DNA from: Gudongella sp.
GTDB lineage: Bacteria; Bacillota; Clostridia; Tissierellales; Tissierellaceae
Direction of reading: 5' to 3'
NCBI GenBank assembly: GCA_036770525.1
Contig: DAIPJA010000001.1
Location: 1-41,483, forward strand
DNA length: 41,483 bases
The first letter of the stretch is position 1. Each line of letters begins with the position of its first letter. Under the pieces are notes generated by a model. That model was not told where the DNA came from. It searched no databases and was given only the letters and a program-made list of their open reading frames with translations. A program made the position numbers and the translations under genes. Positions 17,832 to 27,012 of the stretch are shown one piece after another.

Positions 17832-19277
17832 TTAAGCGTCTATCCTCCAATTTTTTGGGGCGATAAGCGCAATTATTGTAAAGAGCTCAAGCCTGCCCAA
17901 AAGCATAAGTACAGAAAGCCAAAGCTTAGTAGGTATGGAATAGAATCCATAGTTAAGGGTCGGTCCCACAAGCTCAAGTCCCGGACCAATATTCCCAAGA
18001 GTAGCTGCAACTGTTGAAGCTGATGTTATCAGATCGACCTGCTCCAATGACACCATCAAAGTCGAAAACAGGAAAAGCACTAGATAAAGTGCCAGAAAGC
18101 TATTGATCCTTGCTATCGTTTCATTGGACATGATCTTATTATTAATTTTTATTGGCATAACCGCACGAGGATGGTACAGCTTTCCAACCTCTCGCTTTAT
18201 AAGCTTCAGCATTACAAGAATTCTTATTACCTTCATTCCACCTCCGGTGGAGCCTGCGCTGGCTCCAACAAACATAAGGATAAGCAGTATTCCCTTACTA
18301 AAGGTCGGCCATAGATCAAAATCTGAAGTGCCGAACCCTGTGGTAGTCATAATGGAGGACACCTGGAAAAATGCATCTCTTAATGAGTATGCAATATTGT
18401 GGTAGCTTACTAGCCATAAATCGATTGCGATAGCGATCGTGGCTATTCCAATGATCTTGAGATAGAGCTTAAGCTCCTCATCCTTGAATAAATCTGTTAC
18501 CTTTCCCCTAAAGAATGAGTAGTATAAGGAGAAATTTACCCCCGAAGCGACCATAAATACTGCTATAACCATATGGATATAGCTGCTATCATACGCGCCT
18601 ATACTCAGGTTCCTAGATGAGAAGCCCCCTGTACCCACTGTTCCAAAGGTGTGAACAAATGAGTCAAAAACTGGCATTCCTCCGATCGTAAGTAGAAAAA
18701 CCTCTGAAAGTGTTATAGTTATATAGGTAATATATAAAATCTTGGCGGTATCCTTCAGTCTCGGGGCTATCTTTCCTGCAACAGGTCCTGGAGATTCGGC
18801 CTTGTATATCTGAAATCCCCCTATTCCTAAAGCCGGCAGAAGGGCAAGAGTAAAAACAAGTATTCCCATACCGCCGATCCAGTGTGTAAATGACCTCCAG
18901 AACAGTATCCCCTGTGGTAGTGATTCAATTTCACTGAAGATAGTTGCCCCGGTAGTTGTAAATCCGGACACTATTTCAAATAGGGAATCAACATAACCCG
19001 CAACTCCAGTCAAATATAGTGGAAGAGCTCCCATCGCAGAAGCAGCAAGCCAGCCAAAGGTTACAATTGCTAGTCCATCCTTGGCAGTTATCGACTTTTC
19101 TCTTCTGTACTTGACTGAGAAGAACAAACCAATTGCTGCTGTCATCAGTATAGTCAACAGAAATGGAGTTTTATCAGGGCCATCAGTAAAAATTGCTATG
19201 AAATATGAGGGTAGCATTAAGCCTGCTTCAATGATCAGCAGGCTGCCCAGAATTCTTAGCACGATTCCATAATTCAC
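17832..19277 (-). CDS. trkH: Trk potassium uptake membrane subunit
   Basis: FEIVSGFTTTGAT, WIGGMGI, GTGGFS, TTTGF, GSTGGGMK, GNIGPG, GRLELFT. Confidence 0.95.
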   Translation of the reverse strand: MNYGIVLRILGSLLIIEAGLMLPSYFIAIFTDGPDKTPFLLTILMTAAIGLFFSVKYRREKSITAKDGLAIVTFGWLAASAMGALPLYLTGVAGYVDSLFEIVSGFTTTGATIFSEIESLPQGILFWRSFTHWIGGMGILVFTLALLPALGIGGFQIYKAESPGPVAGKIAPRLKDTAKILYITYITITLSEVFLLTIGGMPVFDSFVHTFGTVGTGGFSSRNLSIGAYDSSYIHMVIAVFMVASGVNFSLYYSFFRGKVTDLFKDEELKLYLKIIGIATIAIAIDLWLVSYHNIAYSLRDAFFQVSSIMTTTGFGTSDFDLWPTFSKGILLILMFVGASAGSTGGGMKVIRILVMLKLIKREVGKLYHPRAVMPIKINNKIMSNETIARINSFLALYLVLFLFSTLMVSLEQVDLITSASTVAATLGNIGPGLELVGPTLNYGFYSIPTKLWLSVLMLLGRLELFTIIALIAPKNWRIDA

Positions 19278-20634
19278 TCAAAAATCCTCCCTTGTGTTCC
19301 TTGAAGAACATCTTTAAGCCATCGAGGTTCTCAGAAAGACAGAATACCACTATCCTGTCGTTTCCTTTTATCACAGTGTTTCCCTTTGGTATGATGACAT
19401 CATTTCCTCTTACGATAGCACCTATGATCAAGCCTTTGGGTATGGCAAGCTCCTTGATCATTCTTCCAACGACAGGCAGATCCTTCTCAATTATTATTTC
19501 GGTGGCTTCAGCATTTCCACCCAGAAGTAGGGAAACTGAAACAACCTTGCCTCCTCTGATGTACTTCAGTATGCTGCTTGCAGTAATATATACAGGGTTT
19601 ATAGCAGCATCTATGCTGATCCTGTCAATTATCTTGATGTAGTTGGACCTGCTTATCTTCGCTATTGCCTTTCCAACCCCTGATTGCTTAGCCATCAATG
19701 CCATCAGCAGGTTTTCTTCGTCAAAGCCTGTGACCCCTACAAAGGCATCCATAGATGACAGGTTCTCTTCCTCAAGAAGATGAATATCCGTACCATCTCC
19801 ATGGATTATAAGGACATTGTCAAGTATCTCTGAAAGCTCCTGGCATCTTTCCTTATCTTGTTCGATAAGAGTAACCTGGATCTTGTTTTTAGCCAGTCTT
19901 TGAGCAAGATAGTAGCCCACGTTTCCTCCACCGAGTATCATGACACTGCTGACAAGCTTGCGCCTGTAATCCTCACCAAGCCTGTGGCTGAAACGCTCGA
20001 TCTCCTTTGTATTACCGATTATGTGGATCACATCATCTGATTCCAATACAGTGGAGCCATTGGGAATCAAAATTTCTCCCTTTCTTGTAACGGCGGCTAT
20101 AAGAAGGGCGTCCAAGCCTTCAATATCCATGATCTTTTTGTCAACGAATTCCTCGTGATTTCCTATATTGAAATCTATGAGCTGAACCTTGCCGCTGGCA
20201 AACTCGTCGGTATAAAAGCTGTAGCTCTTAAGGAGGTATTTTTCCATTGCCAGAGCAGTCGCAAGATCTGGGTTGATTATGTGATCTATTCCAAGCTCTG
20301 CTTTAATAAAATCGATCTGCTGCATATATTCAGGATTTCTTATCCTCGCAATTGTCTGTTTGCACCCCAGTTTCTTGGCGAGAGTGCAAATAAGTGTATT
20401 GGTCTCGTCATTTTCAGTAGTACCTACTAACAGGTCATACTCTTCGATGTTAAGTTCTCTCATCATTTTTATATCGATCCCGTTTGCAGTTACTGTCAGC
20501 ACGTCCAGATGCTCGTTCAACCTTTCAAGGACCTTTGTATTGCTGTCCATTACCGTGACGTCGATATTCTCAGCGACAAAGAATTCTGCAAGCTTGGCTC
20601 CCAGCTTCCCTGCACCTACTATCATGGCCTTCAT
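19228..20634 (-). CDS. trkA: Trk potassium uptake regulatory subunit (two RCK N/C pairs)
   Basis: IVGAGKLG, IARIRNPEY, ILGGGNVG, HGDGTD; ATG 20634 after SD GAGGTG. Confidence 0.95.
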   Translation of the reverse strand: MKAMIVGAGKLGAKLAEFFVAENIDVTVMDSNTKVLERLNEHLDVLTVTANGIDIKMMRELNIEEYDLLVGTTENDETNTLICTLAKKLGCKQTIARIRNPEYMQQIDFIKAELGIDHIINPDLATALAMEKYLLKSYSFYTDEFASGKVQLIDFNIGNHEEFVDKKIMDIEGLDALLIAAVTRKGEILIPNGSTVLESDDVIHIIGNTKEIERFSHRLGEDYRRKLVSSVMILGGGNVGYYLAQRLAKNKIQVTLIEQDKERCQELSEILDNVLIIHGDGTDIHLLEEENLSSMDAFVGVTGFDEENLLMALMAKQSGVGKAIAKISRSNYIKIIDRISIDAAINPVYITASSILKYIRGGKVVSVSLLLGGNAEATEIIIEKDLPVVGRMIKELAIPKGLIIGAIVRGNDVIIPKGNTVIKGNDRIVVFCLSENLDGLKMFFKEHKGGFLSELWNRAKNSGQPADH

Positions 20635-20690
20635 AGTCACACCTCTTCTTTTATTTCAGCTAATGGTCGCATAATATGCGGATACTGCTT

Positions 20691-20719
20691 ATTCTATTAT
20701 AATTCAGCAGCGATTTCAA
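20691..20719 (-). promoter_or_regulatory. Candidate sigma-A promoter of trkAH
   Basis: TTGAAA-17 nt-TAGAAT. Confidence 0.6.
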
Positions 20720-20883
20720 CTTAAGTATACAACATTGTCAGTGTTATTGCCATATTCATCTAAATCACCAATTTGAATCATATCATGTCATCTAGTACGG
20801 AGCAGAAGTTTGTGTGTTATAATGTTTAGTTTCTTGCGGCTCCTTCTGCGAGGAGCATAATCATTGAAGCCCTCCATGGCTGT

Positions 20884-20918
20884 GCAAAGGACCGTATAAA
20901 ACGGTCCTTTGCTATTTT
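20884..20918. terminator. Strong hairpin/terminator at the end of the ATP-grasp gene
   Basis: GCAAAGGACCGT-ataaa-ACGGTCCTTTGC (12-bp stem); the T-rich tail is on the plus side. Confidence 0.7.
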
Positions 20919-22237
20919 CTGTATGCAATTATGTTAGGTGCAGTAAAGTAATTGGACACACCTGAGATTATATTATCCTTGCTAAGCCTTGTGTATAACC
21001 CTGCATAGCTTTCGTTGTATGAGAATAACCCTACTATAGCCTTGAACTCCTCAATTGAAAACCCGGATTCATTAGCCACAAGAAAACTTCTTTTTGGGGG
21101 ATCGACAAACTCCTGGAACAAATAGTCTCTGTTAAAGGCCTCTCTTACGACCCTTTCCCAGGATCCCTGGCTGTTATCCTTCCCCACAAAGACTCCCTGT
21201 GATGCATTCATATCCATCGGCTTAATGATGTAATTATCCTTGTTCATAATTACCTCACTTAGAACACTTTCATCTCCGCTCAGAACTCCGGTAAATGGGA
21301 TATGCTTCTTGATAAATATTCTTTCCTCTTCAGTTAAAAACTCCTGAGTATCTTCGTCGTGAAGCTTCTTGAAGAAAAGTTTATTATGAATGATCTGGCT
21401 TCTGATTGTGCCAATGGTGCACATGGCATCCGCCATATAGGCTTCAATGAAGTCAGGTATCTCTTCAGCTTTTTGAATCAGCTCAAAGGTCACTATCCTT
21501 CTGTATATCAAATCGATTTTGTAATCCTCTTTGAAAAGTGATCCTTCTCTAAACACAAGCTCCCGTGGATCTGCTATGATGCATTTTAAGCCAAGTCTTT
21601 TGTAAGCGTTTTGGAACTCAATAAATTCTGCCGAAGTGCCGCTTTCAGTGAAATCAACTATAGCTACATTAGGATCGTGGTCCCTGCCCTTCCACCTTCT
21701 ATACAGCTTAAGGCTTTCTCTGACCCAGGAATCAATAAGCTCCCTGTTCTCCAGAGAATATTCTTCCCCAAATTCCTTTAAAGCCTTCGATCCAAGTAAG
21801 ATCCTTGCCAGAGTATTGTCCTCGTTCATAGCCGAAGAGCCGTCAGTATTTAGCTCACAGAACTTATAATCCCCAATATCATTGAAGAATATGTCGAATC
21901 TGCCAATTGGCGCATGGATCCCGTATTTATTTTCTCTAAGGATCATATCTTCTATGAACCTGGGATACCCAAAGCTTTTCCTATACTCCGGATCCACTAT
22001 GAACCTATCAGTTACCTTATTTCCAATGGCGGTTATCCAATTTATGATATCCTCGAAATACTCCTCTTCCTCCAAGGAGAAAAACATCGGGTTGAAAAGA
22101 AAAGGTACTGGCTTACCCTTATACTTTGCGTTGGAATTTGCTACTCTCTTAACAGTCTCTTTGTAATCCTCCATGTAGGATCCTTGGTTTCTTAAAACCT
22201 TCTCATGGTAGCTTCTGTTGATATCAGTACCCTTCAA
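20912..22237 (-). CDS. ATP-grasp peptide ligase (glutathionylspermidine synthase / circularly permuted ATP-grasp-like); candidate glutathione synthetase
   Basis: GRFDIF...KFCELNTDGSSAM, IDLIYRR, IIKPMD..ASQGV, YLFQEFV; coupled to gshA. Confidence 0.72.
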   Translation of the reverse strand: MKGTDINRSYHEKVLRNQGSYMEDYKETVKRVANSNAKYKGKPVPFLFNPMFFSLEEEEYFEDIINWITAIGNKVTDRFIVDPEYRKSFGYPRFIEDMILRENKYGIHAPIGRFDIFFNDIGDYKFCELNTDGSSAMNEDNTLARILLGSKALKEFGEEYSLENRELIDSWVRESLKLYRRWKGRDHDPNVAIVDFTESGTSAEFIEFQNAYKRLGLKCIIADPRELVFREGSLFKEDYKIDLIYRRIVTFELIQKAEEIPDFIEAYMADAMCTIGTIRSQIIHNKLFFKKLHDEDTQEFLTEEERIFIKKHIPFTGVLSGDESVLSEVIMNKDNYIIKPMDMNASQGVFVGKDNSQGSWERVVREAFNRDYLFQEFVDPPKRSFLVANESGFSIEEFKAIVGLFSYNESYAGLYTRLSKDNIISGVSNYFTAPNIIAYRK

Positions 22238-22241
22238 AATA

Positions 22242-23528
22242 TCACCTCCTGAGAACTGCCCAATCTATTGCATTTCTCCTGTTTCCTTCTTTATACAGTT
22301 CCTTAGTAAGAAGGTAAGGATTCTTTCCCTCCTCCAAAAGCTTTTCCAGAGGCTCAATGTATCCAGCCTCATCATTCAGAACATTTTTTGACAGCTGTAT
22401 CATCCACTTGCCTATATCAAGGATCGTTCTGCCATTTAGTCTTGCTTCCATGCCTTTTTCAAGGAGCTCCAGCTTCGAAGAGATTATGTCCTCTGCCTTG
22501 ATGGACTTTGAGAAATCGTAAAGCTCATTAAGATTGGATTCGCTGTAGAATAGACCCTTAACTAGAGCTACAGCAGCTAAATTCAGTGGATAGGGTATCG
22601 AGTCCATCATCCTTATCTCAATATACCTCTTTGTTCTCGCATCCGGGAAAAACATGGTCATTAGATGCTCGAGCTCTTCAGCACTTGTAGAATCGGGATC
22701 CAGGATATCCGATATCCTGGCTTTGCCAGTCGGTATTATCTCACCTTTTCTTATTGTGAAAATTGGTGGTCTGTCAAGTAGATAACTTGCGTACCCCGAA
22801 TAAGAGAAATCGTCCTCCAATGCTTCCTTTACAGTACCAGCTCTGTCATTATCACAATTCATCCACACATAGGCTCTGAGGTTATGTGTTCTGCAAGGCT
22901 CACCCTCAAAGAAAAGAGCATTCTCAAAGAGTCCATAAAAGACAGGAGCAAGAGCATTCAACACCCTGAACTTTCTGGCATAGTCTGATTCATCTGAGTA
23001 ATCAATTGACACCTGGAATGCTCCGGTTCCCTTCATCATGTTATGGGCATGAGAGCCTCTCTTCTTGAAATACTCAAACATCAGGTCATACCGTTTCTTG
23101 GGAAGCAGCTTTATCTCCTCGATCCTTGTAACGGGGTGATATCCAAGCGATACCAGCATCTGTCCCTTCTTCTCCAAAACAGGCAGCAGCTCATCTAAAA
23201 ATCTAAAATAGCTTTTCTCGATATCTTCTATCCTTTTCTTTGCTCCGATGCTTATCTCAAGCTGACTCCCAGGCTCAAGGGTCAGGCTTAGGTCATCCTT
23301 CTCAAGCGCCAGAAGATAATTTCCCTCATATTTACCTTCCCAGCCGCCATTCATGATATCCTTCAATGTGGATTCAACGCCAGCATCTCCATAATAAGAT
23401 ACTGTTTTCAAGGTATCCTTCCAAACTACAAAGTGTTCAATCTCGACTCCCAGTTTGAAATTTTCAACCGCTTTCTCGCCGCTTCTAATTAGATCTGTTA
23501 TCATTTTTATTTGCCTGTTTTTGTCCAT
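22242..23528 (-). CDS. gshA: Glutamate--cysteine ligase (GCS2 family)
   Basis: LGVEIEHF, LTLEPGSQLEIS, PKKRY, MMKGTGAFQVSIDY, FFPDARTKRYIEIR. Confidence 0.85.
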   Translation of the reverse strand: MDKNRQIKMITDLIRSGEKAVENFKLGVEIEHFVVWKDTLKTVSYYGDAGVESTLKDIMNGGWEGKYEGNYLLALEKDDLSLTLEPGSQLEISIGAKKRIEDIEKSYFRFLDELLPVLEKKGQMLVSLGYHPVTRIEEIKLLPKKRYDLMFEYFKKRGSHAHNMMKGTGAFQVSIDYSDESDYARKFRVLNALAPVFYGLFENALFFEGEPCRTHNLRAYVWMNCDNDRAGTVKEALEDDFSYSGYASYLLDRPPIFTIRKGEIIPTGKARISDILDPDSTSAEELEHLMTMFFPDARTKRYIEIRMMDSIPYPLNLAAVALVKGLFYSESNLNELYDFSKSIKAEDIISSKLELLEKGMEARLNGRTILDIGKWMIQLSKNVLNDEAGYIEPLEKLLEEGKNPYLLTKELYKEGNRRNAIDWAVLRR

Positions 23529-23543
23529 AACGCATCTCCTATG

Positions 23544-24716
23544 CTAAAAGTCAATATCAAGTATAATTCTGCATTTTGTATCTTCTATTTCACTCTCTAT
23601 GAGGTTTTCCAGCTCTTTTCGAACATCCTCATGGGTTTTCCCCTTTTCAAGCTTATCAGCCCTTACTACAGCGTGAAATTCGATAAGCGTTGCCTCATTA
23701 TTGTCTGAAATGTGAAAATCATGGATAGACTTGACTCTTTCATCCTCCTTGATTATCCTTTTCACTCTATTTCTAAGCTCATACCTCTCCTTTGTCTCGG
23801 TTCCCAGGGGGTCCATATGGATGACGAGAGTAAGGTCATATCTCTCACCGATCTCTCTTTCAGCCTTATCAATGACCTCATGGATAGTGACAGCGTCGAT
23901 ATTACCCGGGAACTCGACGTCAATCGTAGCCATAGACCTTCCTGCACCATATGAATGAACTATCAGGTCATGAGCACCTGTGATAAAATCATAGGTCATG
24001 ATGTCGTCATAAATTGCATCTGTAATTTCCTCAGGAGGTGCCTCCCCCAATAGAGGACTTACAGTTTCCCTTACCAAGGAATATCCTGCATATATTATGA
24101 AAAGTGAAACTACGAGCCCAACAAATCCATCAACTGGAAGGTCTGTAAACTGACCTGCTACGATTGAAAGTACCACTACAGAGGTTATCAATACATCTCC
24201 CAGTGCATCCGTAGCTGTAGCCTTGAGACCTGATGAATTTATCTTATTTCCAAGATCCCTGTTGAATACGCTCAACCATACTTTGAATAGAATGGAAATA
24301 CCCAAAATCATAAAAGGGATAAGCTGAAATTCAACTGGTTCAGGATCAATAATTCTTTCATAGGAGGATTTGATAAATTGAAGTCCCACCAAAATAACCA
24401 TAAAAGCTACTATCAGTGCAGAAACATACTCCATCCTTCCATGCCCGTAAGGGTGTTCCTTATCAGCCGGTATATTTGAAAGCTTGAATCCAAGCAAAGT
24501 AACAACCGAGGAGGCTGAGTCCGTAAGATTGTTGACCCCATCAGCTATAACACCGATAGAGGATATTAGTATTCCTATAGAAAGCTTTGTCAAAGCAAGG
24601 ATGAGGTTGATCACGATCCCCACAGTGCCTGCAAGATATCCCACCTTCAGCCTTACATGCCTGTTTCCATAGTCCCTGCTGTCCTTTAATGCAAGAGATA
24701 GCAACCACTTAGTCAT
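23544..24716 (-). CDS. Cation diffusion facilitator (CDF) family transporter with duplicated C-terminal domain
   Basis: ADGVNNLTD, PADKEHPYGHGRMEY, DALGD, HDLIVHSYG, VIHMDP. Confidence 0.9.
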   Translation of the reverse strand: MTKWLLSLALKDSRDYGNRHVRLKVGYLAGTVGIVINLILALTKLSIGILISSIGVIADGVNNLTDSASSVVTLLGFKLSNIPADKEHPYGHGRMEYVSALIVAFMVILVGLQFIKSSYERIIDPEPVEFQLIPFMILGISILFKVWLSVFNRDLGNKINSSGLKATATDALGDVLITSVVVLSIVAGQFTDLPVDGFVGLVVSLFIIYAGYSLVRETVSPLLGEAPPEEITDAIYDDIMTYDFITGAHDLIVHSYGAGRSMATIDVEFPGNIDAVTIHEVIDKAEREIGERYDLTLVIHMDPLGTETKERYELRNRVKRIIKEDERVKSIHDFHISDNNEATLIEFHAVVRADKLEKGKTHEDVRKELENLIESEIEDTKCRIILDIDF

Positions 24717-24777
24717 AGCCTCAACTCCAATATGGATTCACTTCATTGTTTCTACCCATTCAAGCGCCTGTCAAAAC

Positions 24778-24808
24778 TAAAAGCCTCGCAAACTCAGCGA
24801 GGCTTTTA
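24778..24808. terminator. Intrinsic terminator downstream of hcp
   Basis: TAAAAGCCTCGC-aaactca-GCGAGGCTTTTA. Confidence 0.85.
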
Positions 24809-24815
24809 AATATAA

Positions 24816-26477
24816 CTAGTTATTCATGAACATTTCTATGTCGCTTTCAACATCCTTGATCGTTCCAATACCAAAGGTTTCAACAAGAACCTTTGCAACA
24901 TTGGGAGACAGGAATGCTGGCAGAGTAGGTCCCAAGTGTATATTCTTGACTCCAAGGTATAGAAGGGCAAGCAGTACTATAACAGCCTTCTGTTCATACC
25001 ATGCAATATTGTACGCTATAGGTAGCTCATTTATATCGTTGAGCTGGAATATTTCCTTGAGCTTCATTGCAATGACTGCAAGGGAATAGGAATCGTTGCA
25101 TTGACCGGCATCCAGAACTCTCGGGATCCCACCGATATCACCAAGATTAAGCTTATTGTACCTGTACTTGGCACATCCTGCAGTCAGGATCACAGTATCC
25201 TTAGGAAGTGCTTCCGCGAAATCAGTGTAGTAGCTCCTTCCATTCTGTCTACCATCACAGCCTGCCATTACAAAGAATTTCTTAACGGCTCCTGATTTTA
25301 CTGCATCTACAATTTTGTCAGCCAGAGCAAATACCTGGGCATGGGCGAATCCGCCTACTATTTTCCCTGTTTCTATCTCAGTTGGTGCCGGCAGTCTCTT
25401 TGCATGCTCTATTATCTCTGAAAAGTCCTTGGCCTTTCCCGCAACTCTGTCGGGGATATGCTTAAACCCAGGATACCCTGATGAACCAGTTGTATAAACC
25501 CTGTCAGCATACTCTGTCTTTGGAGGTACTATGCAATTTGTGGTAAAAAGTATTGGACCATTGAATTTTTCAAACTCCTGTCTCTGCTTCCACCATGCAT
25601 TGCCATAATTACCTACGAAATGGCCATATTTCTTGAATGCCGGATAGTAATTTGCAGGCAGCATTTCTCCGTGGGTATAAACATCCACCCCGGTACCCTT
25701 TGTCTGTTCCAGCAGCTCTTCAAAGTCCTTAAGGTCATGTCCGGATACAAGTATTGCAGGGTTGCTTTTTACTCCGATATTGACCTCAGTGATCTCTGGA
25801 TTGCCATAAGTGCTTGTGTTGGCTTTGTCCAGAAGAGCCATAGTAGTAACTCCATACTTTCCTGTCTCCATAACAAGTGCAATAAGCTCATCTGCAGTTA
25901 AGGAATCATCTGTTGTTGCATTAAGAGCCCTTCGAATAAACCTTGATACCTCAGGATCCTCATAGCCAAGGTTCCCGGCATGCTCAGCGTAGGCAGCCAT
26001 GCCCTTCAAACCATAGATGATCAGTTCTCTCAGGGATCTTACGTCCTCATTTTCAGCTGCAAGAACTCCAACCTCCGGAGCAACAGATTTGAATACAATG
26101 TCTTCATTTGAGTCAACACTAAAGGATGCAGCATCCTTTAGGTCAGATAAGTCAATGCCCTTTTCAGAAAGCTCCTTCTTTAATGAGTCCCTTCCAGCCA
26201 AAGCTTCTTTGATTTTTGCGAAAAACCTGTCGCGATCGAAATTTGCATTTGTAATGGTCATGAACAAGCCATCGATTAGCAATCTGTCCAATCCTGCAAC
26301 CACTATGCCTGCATCATCGGCCTTTACTCCTACCTGTGATAAGCCCTTCAATGCATATATCATAAGGTCTTGCAGATTTGCTACATCACTAGTCTTGCCG
26401 CATACACCCACCTGAGTACATCCCTTACCATTCAGTGCTTCCTGACACTGGAAGCAAAACATCTTTCTGTCAGTCAT
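24816..26477 (-). CDS. hcp: Hybrid cluster (prismane) protein / hydroxylamine-NO reductase, class 1 Cys spacing
   Basis: [11 protein letters not shown]5-C (C-x2-C-x8-C-x5-C), SGHDL, YTHGEM, TTNC, AGCDG, GQCNDSY, WYEQKA. Confidence 0.97.
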   Translation of the reverse strand: MTDRKMFCFQCQEALNGKGCTQVGVCGKTSDVANLQDLMIYALKGLSQVGVKADDAGIVVAGLDRLLIDGLFMTITNANFDRDRFFAKIKEALAGRDSLKKELSEKGIDLSDLKDAASFSVDSNEDIVFKSVAPEVGVLAAENEDVRSLRELIIYGLKGMAAYAEHAGNLGYEDPEVSRFIRRALNATTDDSLTADELIALVMETGKYGVTTMALLDKANTSTYGNPEITEVNIGVKSNPAILVSGHDLKDFEELLEQTKGTGVDVYTHGEMLPANYYPAFKKYGHFVGNYGNAWWKQRQEFEKFNGPILFTTNCIVPPKTEYADRVYTTGSSGYPGFKHIPDRVAGKAKDFSEIIEHAKRLPAPTEIETGKIVGGFAHAQVFALADKIVDAVKSGAVKKFFVMAGCDGRQNGRSYYTDFAEALPKDTVILTAGCAKYRYNKLNLGDIGGIPRVLDAGQCNDSYSLAVIAMKLKEIFQLNDINELPIAYNIAWYEQKAVIVLLALLYLGVKNIHLGPTLPAFLSPNVAKVLVETFGIGTIKDVESDIEMFMNN

Positions 26478-26559
26478 ATTTAAGCCGTCCTCCTATATAT
26501 CGTTAATATTTATACAAAACTCACAAGCTCTATTATATTTGGACAGCCGAGATTTTGCC

Positions 26560-26573
26560 GTAACATATGTTAC
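26560..26573. promoter_or_regulatory. HcpR-type (Crp/Fnr family) activator site upstream of hcp
   Basis: Perfect palindrome GTAAC-ATAT-GTTAC centred 41.5 bp upstream of the start implied by TATAAT at 26532-26537 (minus). Confidence 0.78.
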
Positions 26574-26607
26574 CAAACAATAAATAATTGAAAGGAGAAA
26601 TCGAAAG

Positions 26608-26682
26608 TTAAAGGCTGATTATTATGAGGACACTCCCTGGCCAAGTAGCCGTGAGTGGTCCGCAAAAACAATCAGCCTTTAA
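26608..26682 (-). repeat. Long imperfect inverted repeat (75 nt)
   Basis: TTAAAGGCTGATT (26608-26620) / AATCAGCCTTTAA (26670-26682) plus inner pairing GGAC/GTCC, CACTC/GAGTG, GGC/GCC. Confidence 0.75.
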
Positions 26683-26695
26683 TCTAGACTAAGTA

Positions 26696-26938
26696 CTAAT
26701 AATTCTTACCTGCAGCCTTTATCCTTTCAGGGTACGCAACCGAGCATGGGGTTACGCCATACACCATATCACAGCTGGGGCATTTGCTCTCAAGGTGAGT
26801 CATCTCAAACTCATTTCCGCACTCTATACATGTTATTAAAATACCTGGCGGCATAGGTCTTGTATTGAAACCCATAGCTCTTATCTTATCCACTACTGCC
26901 TTCCCGCTCCCGAAGCTTCCTGTACATCCATCGTGCAT
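26696..26938 (-). CDS. Small Cys-rich putative metal-binding protein (80 aa)
   Basis: SD GAGGAAG; MHDGC..., CIEC, CPSC, GVTPC (zinc-ribbon-like). Confidence 0.75.
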   Translation of the reverse strand: MHDGCTGSFGSGKAVVDKIRAMGFNTRPMPPGILITCIECGNEFEMTHLESKCPSCDMVYGVTPCSVAYPERIKAAGKNY

Positions 26939-27012
26939 TATATCTTCCTCACTTTCATTGTTAATTTATGGTCTGAACTAATATAAATCATTTAATTGTG
27001 AATTGTGAAATG

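Noticed and set aside
20788..20877. Small minus-strand ORFs (29 aa MEGFNDY..., 12 aa MIMLLAEGAARN)
   Set aside because: Very short, no recognisable features, no promoter support
20641..20880. c-di-AMP (ydaO) riboswitch upstream of trkA
   Set aside because: A GCTGAAT word is present but the GGGGGAACC and GGGGUGAAU elements are absent; the segment is better explained as a sigma-A promoter
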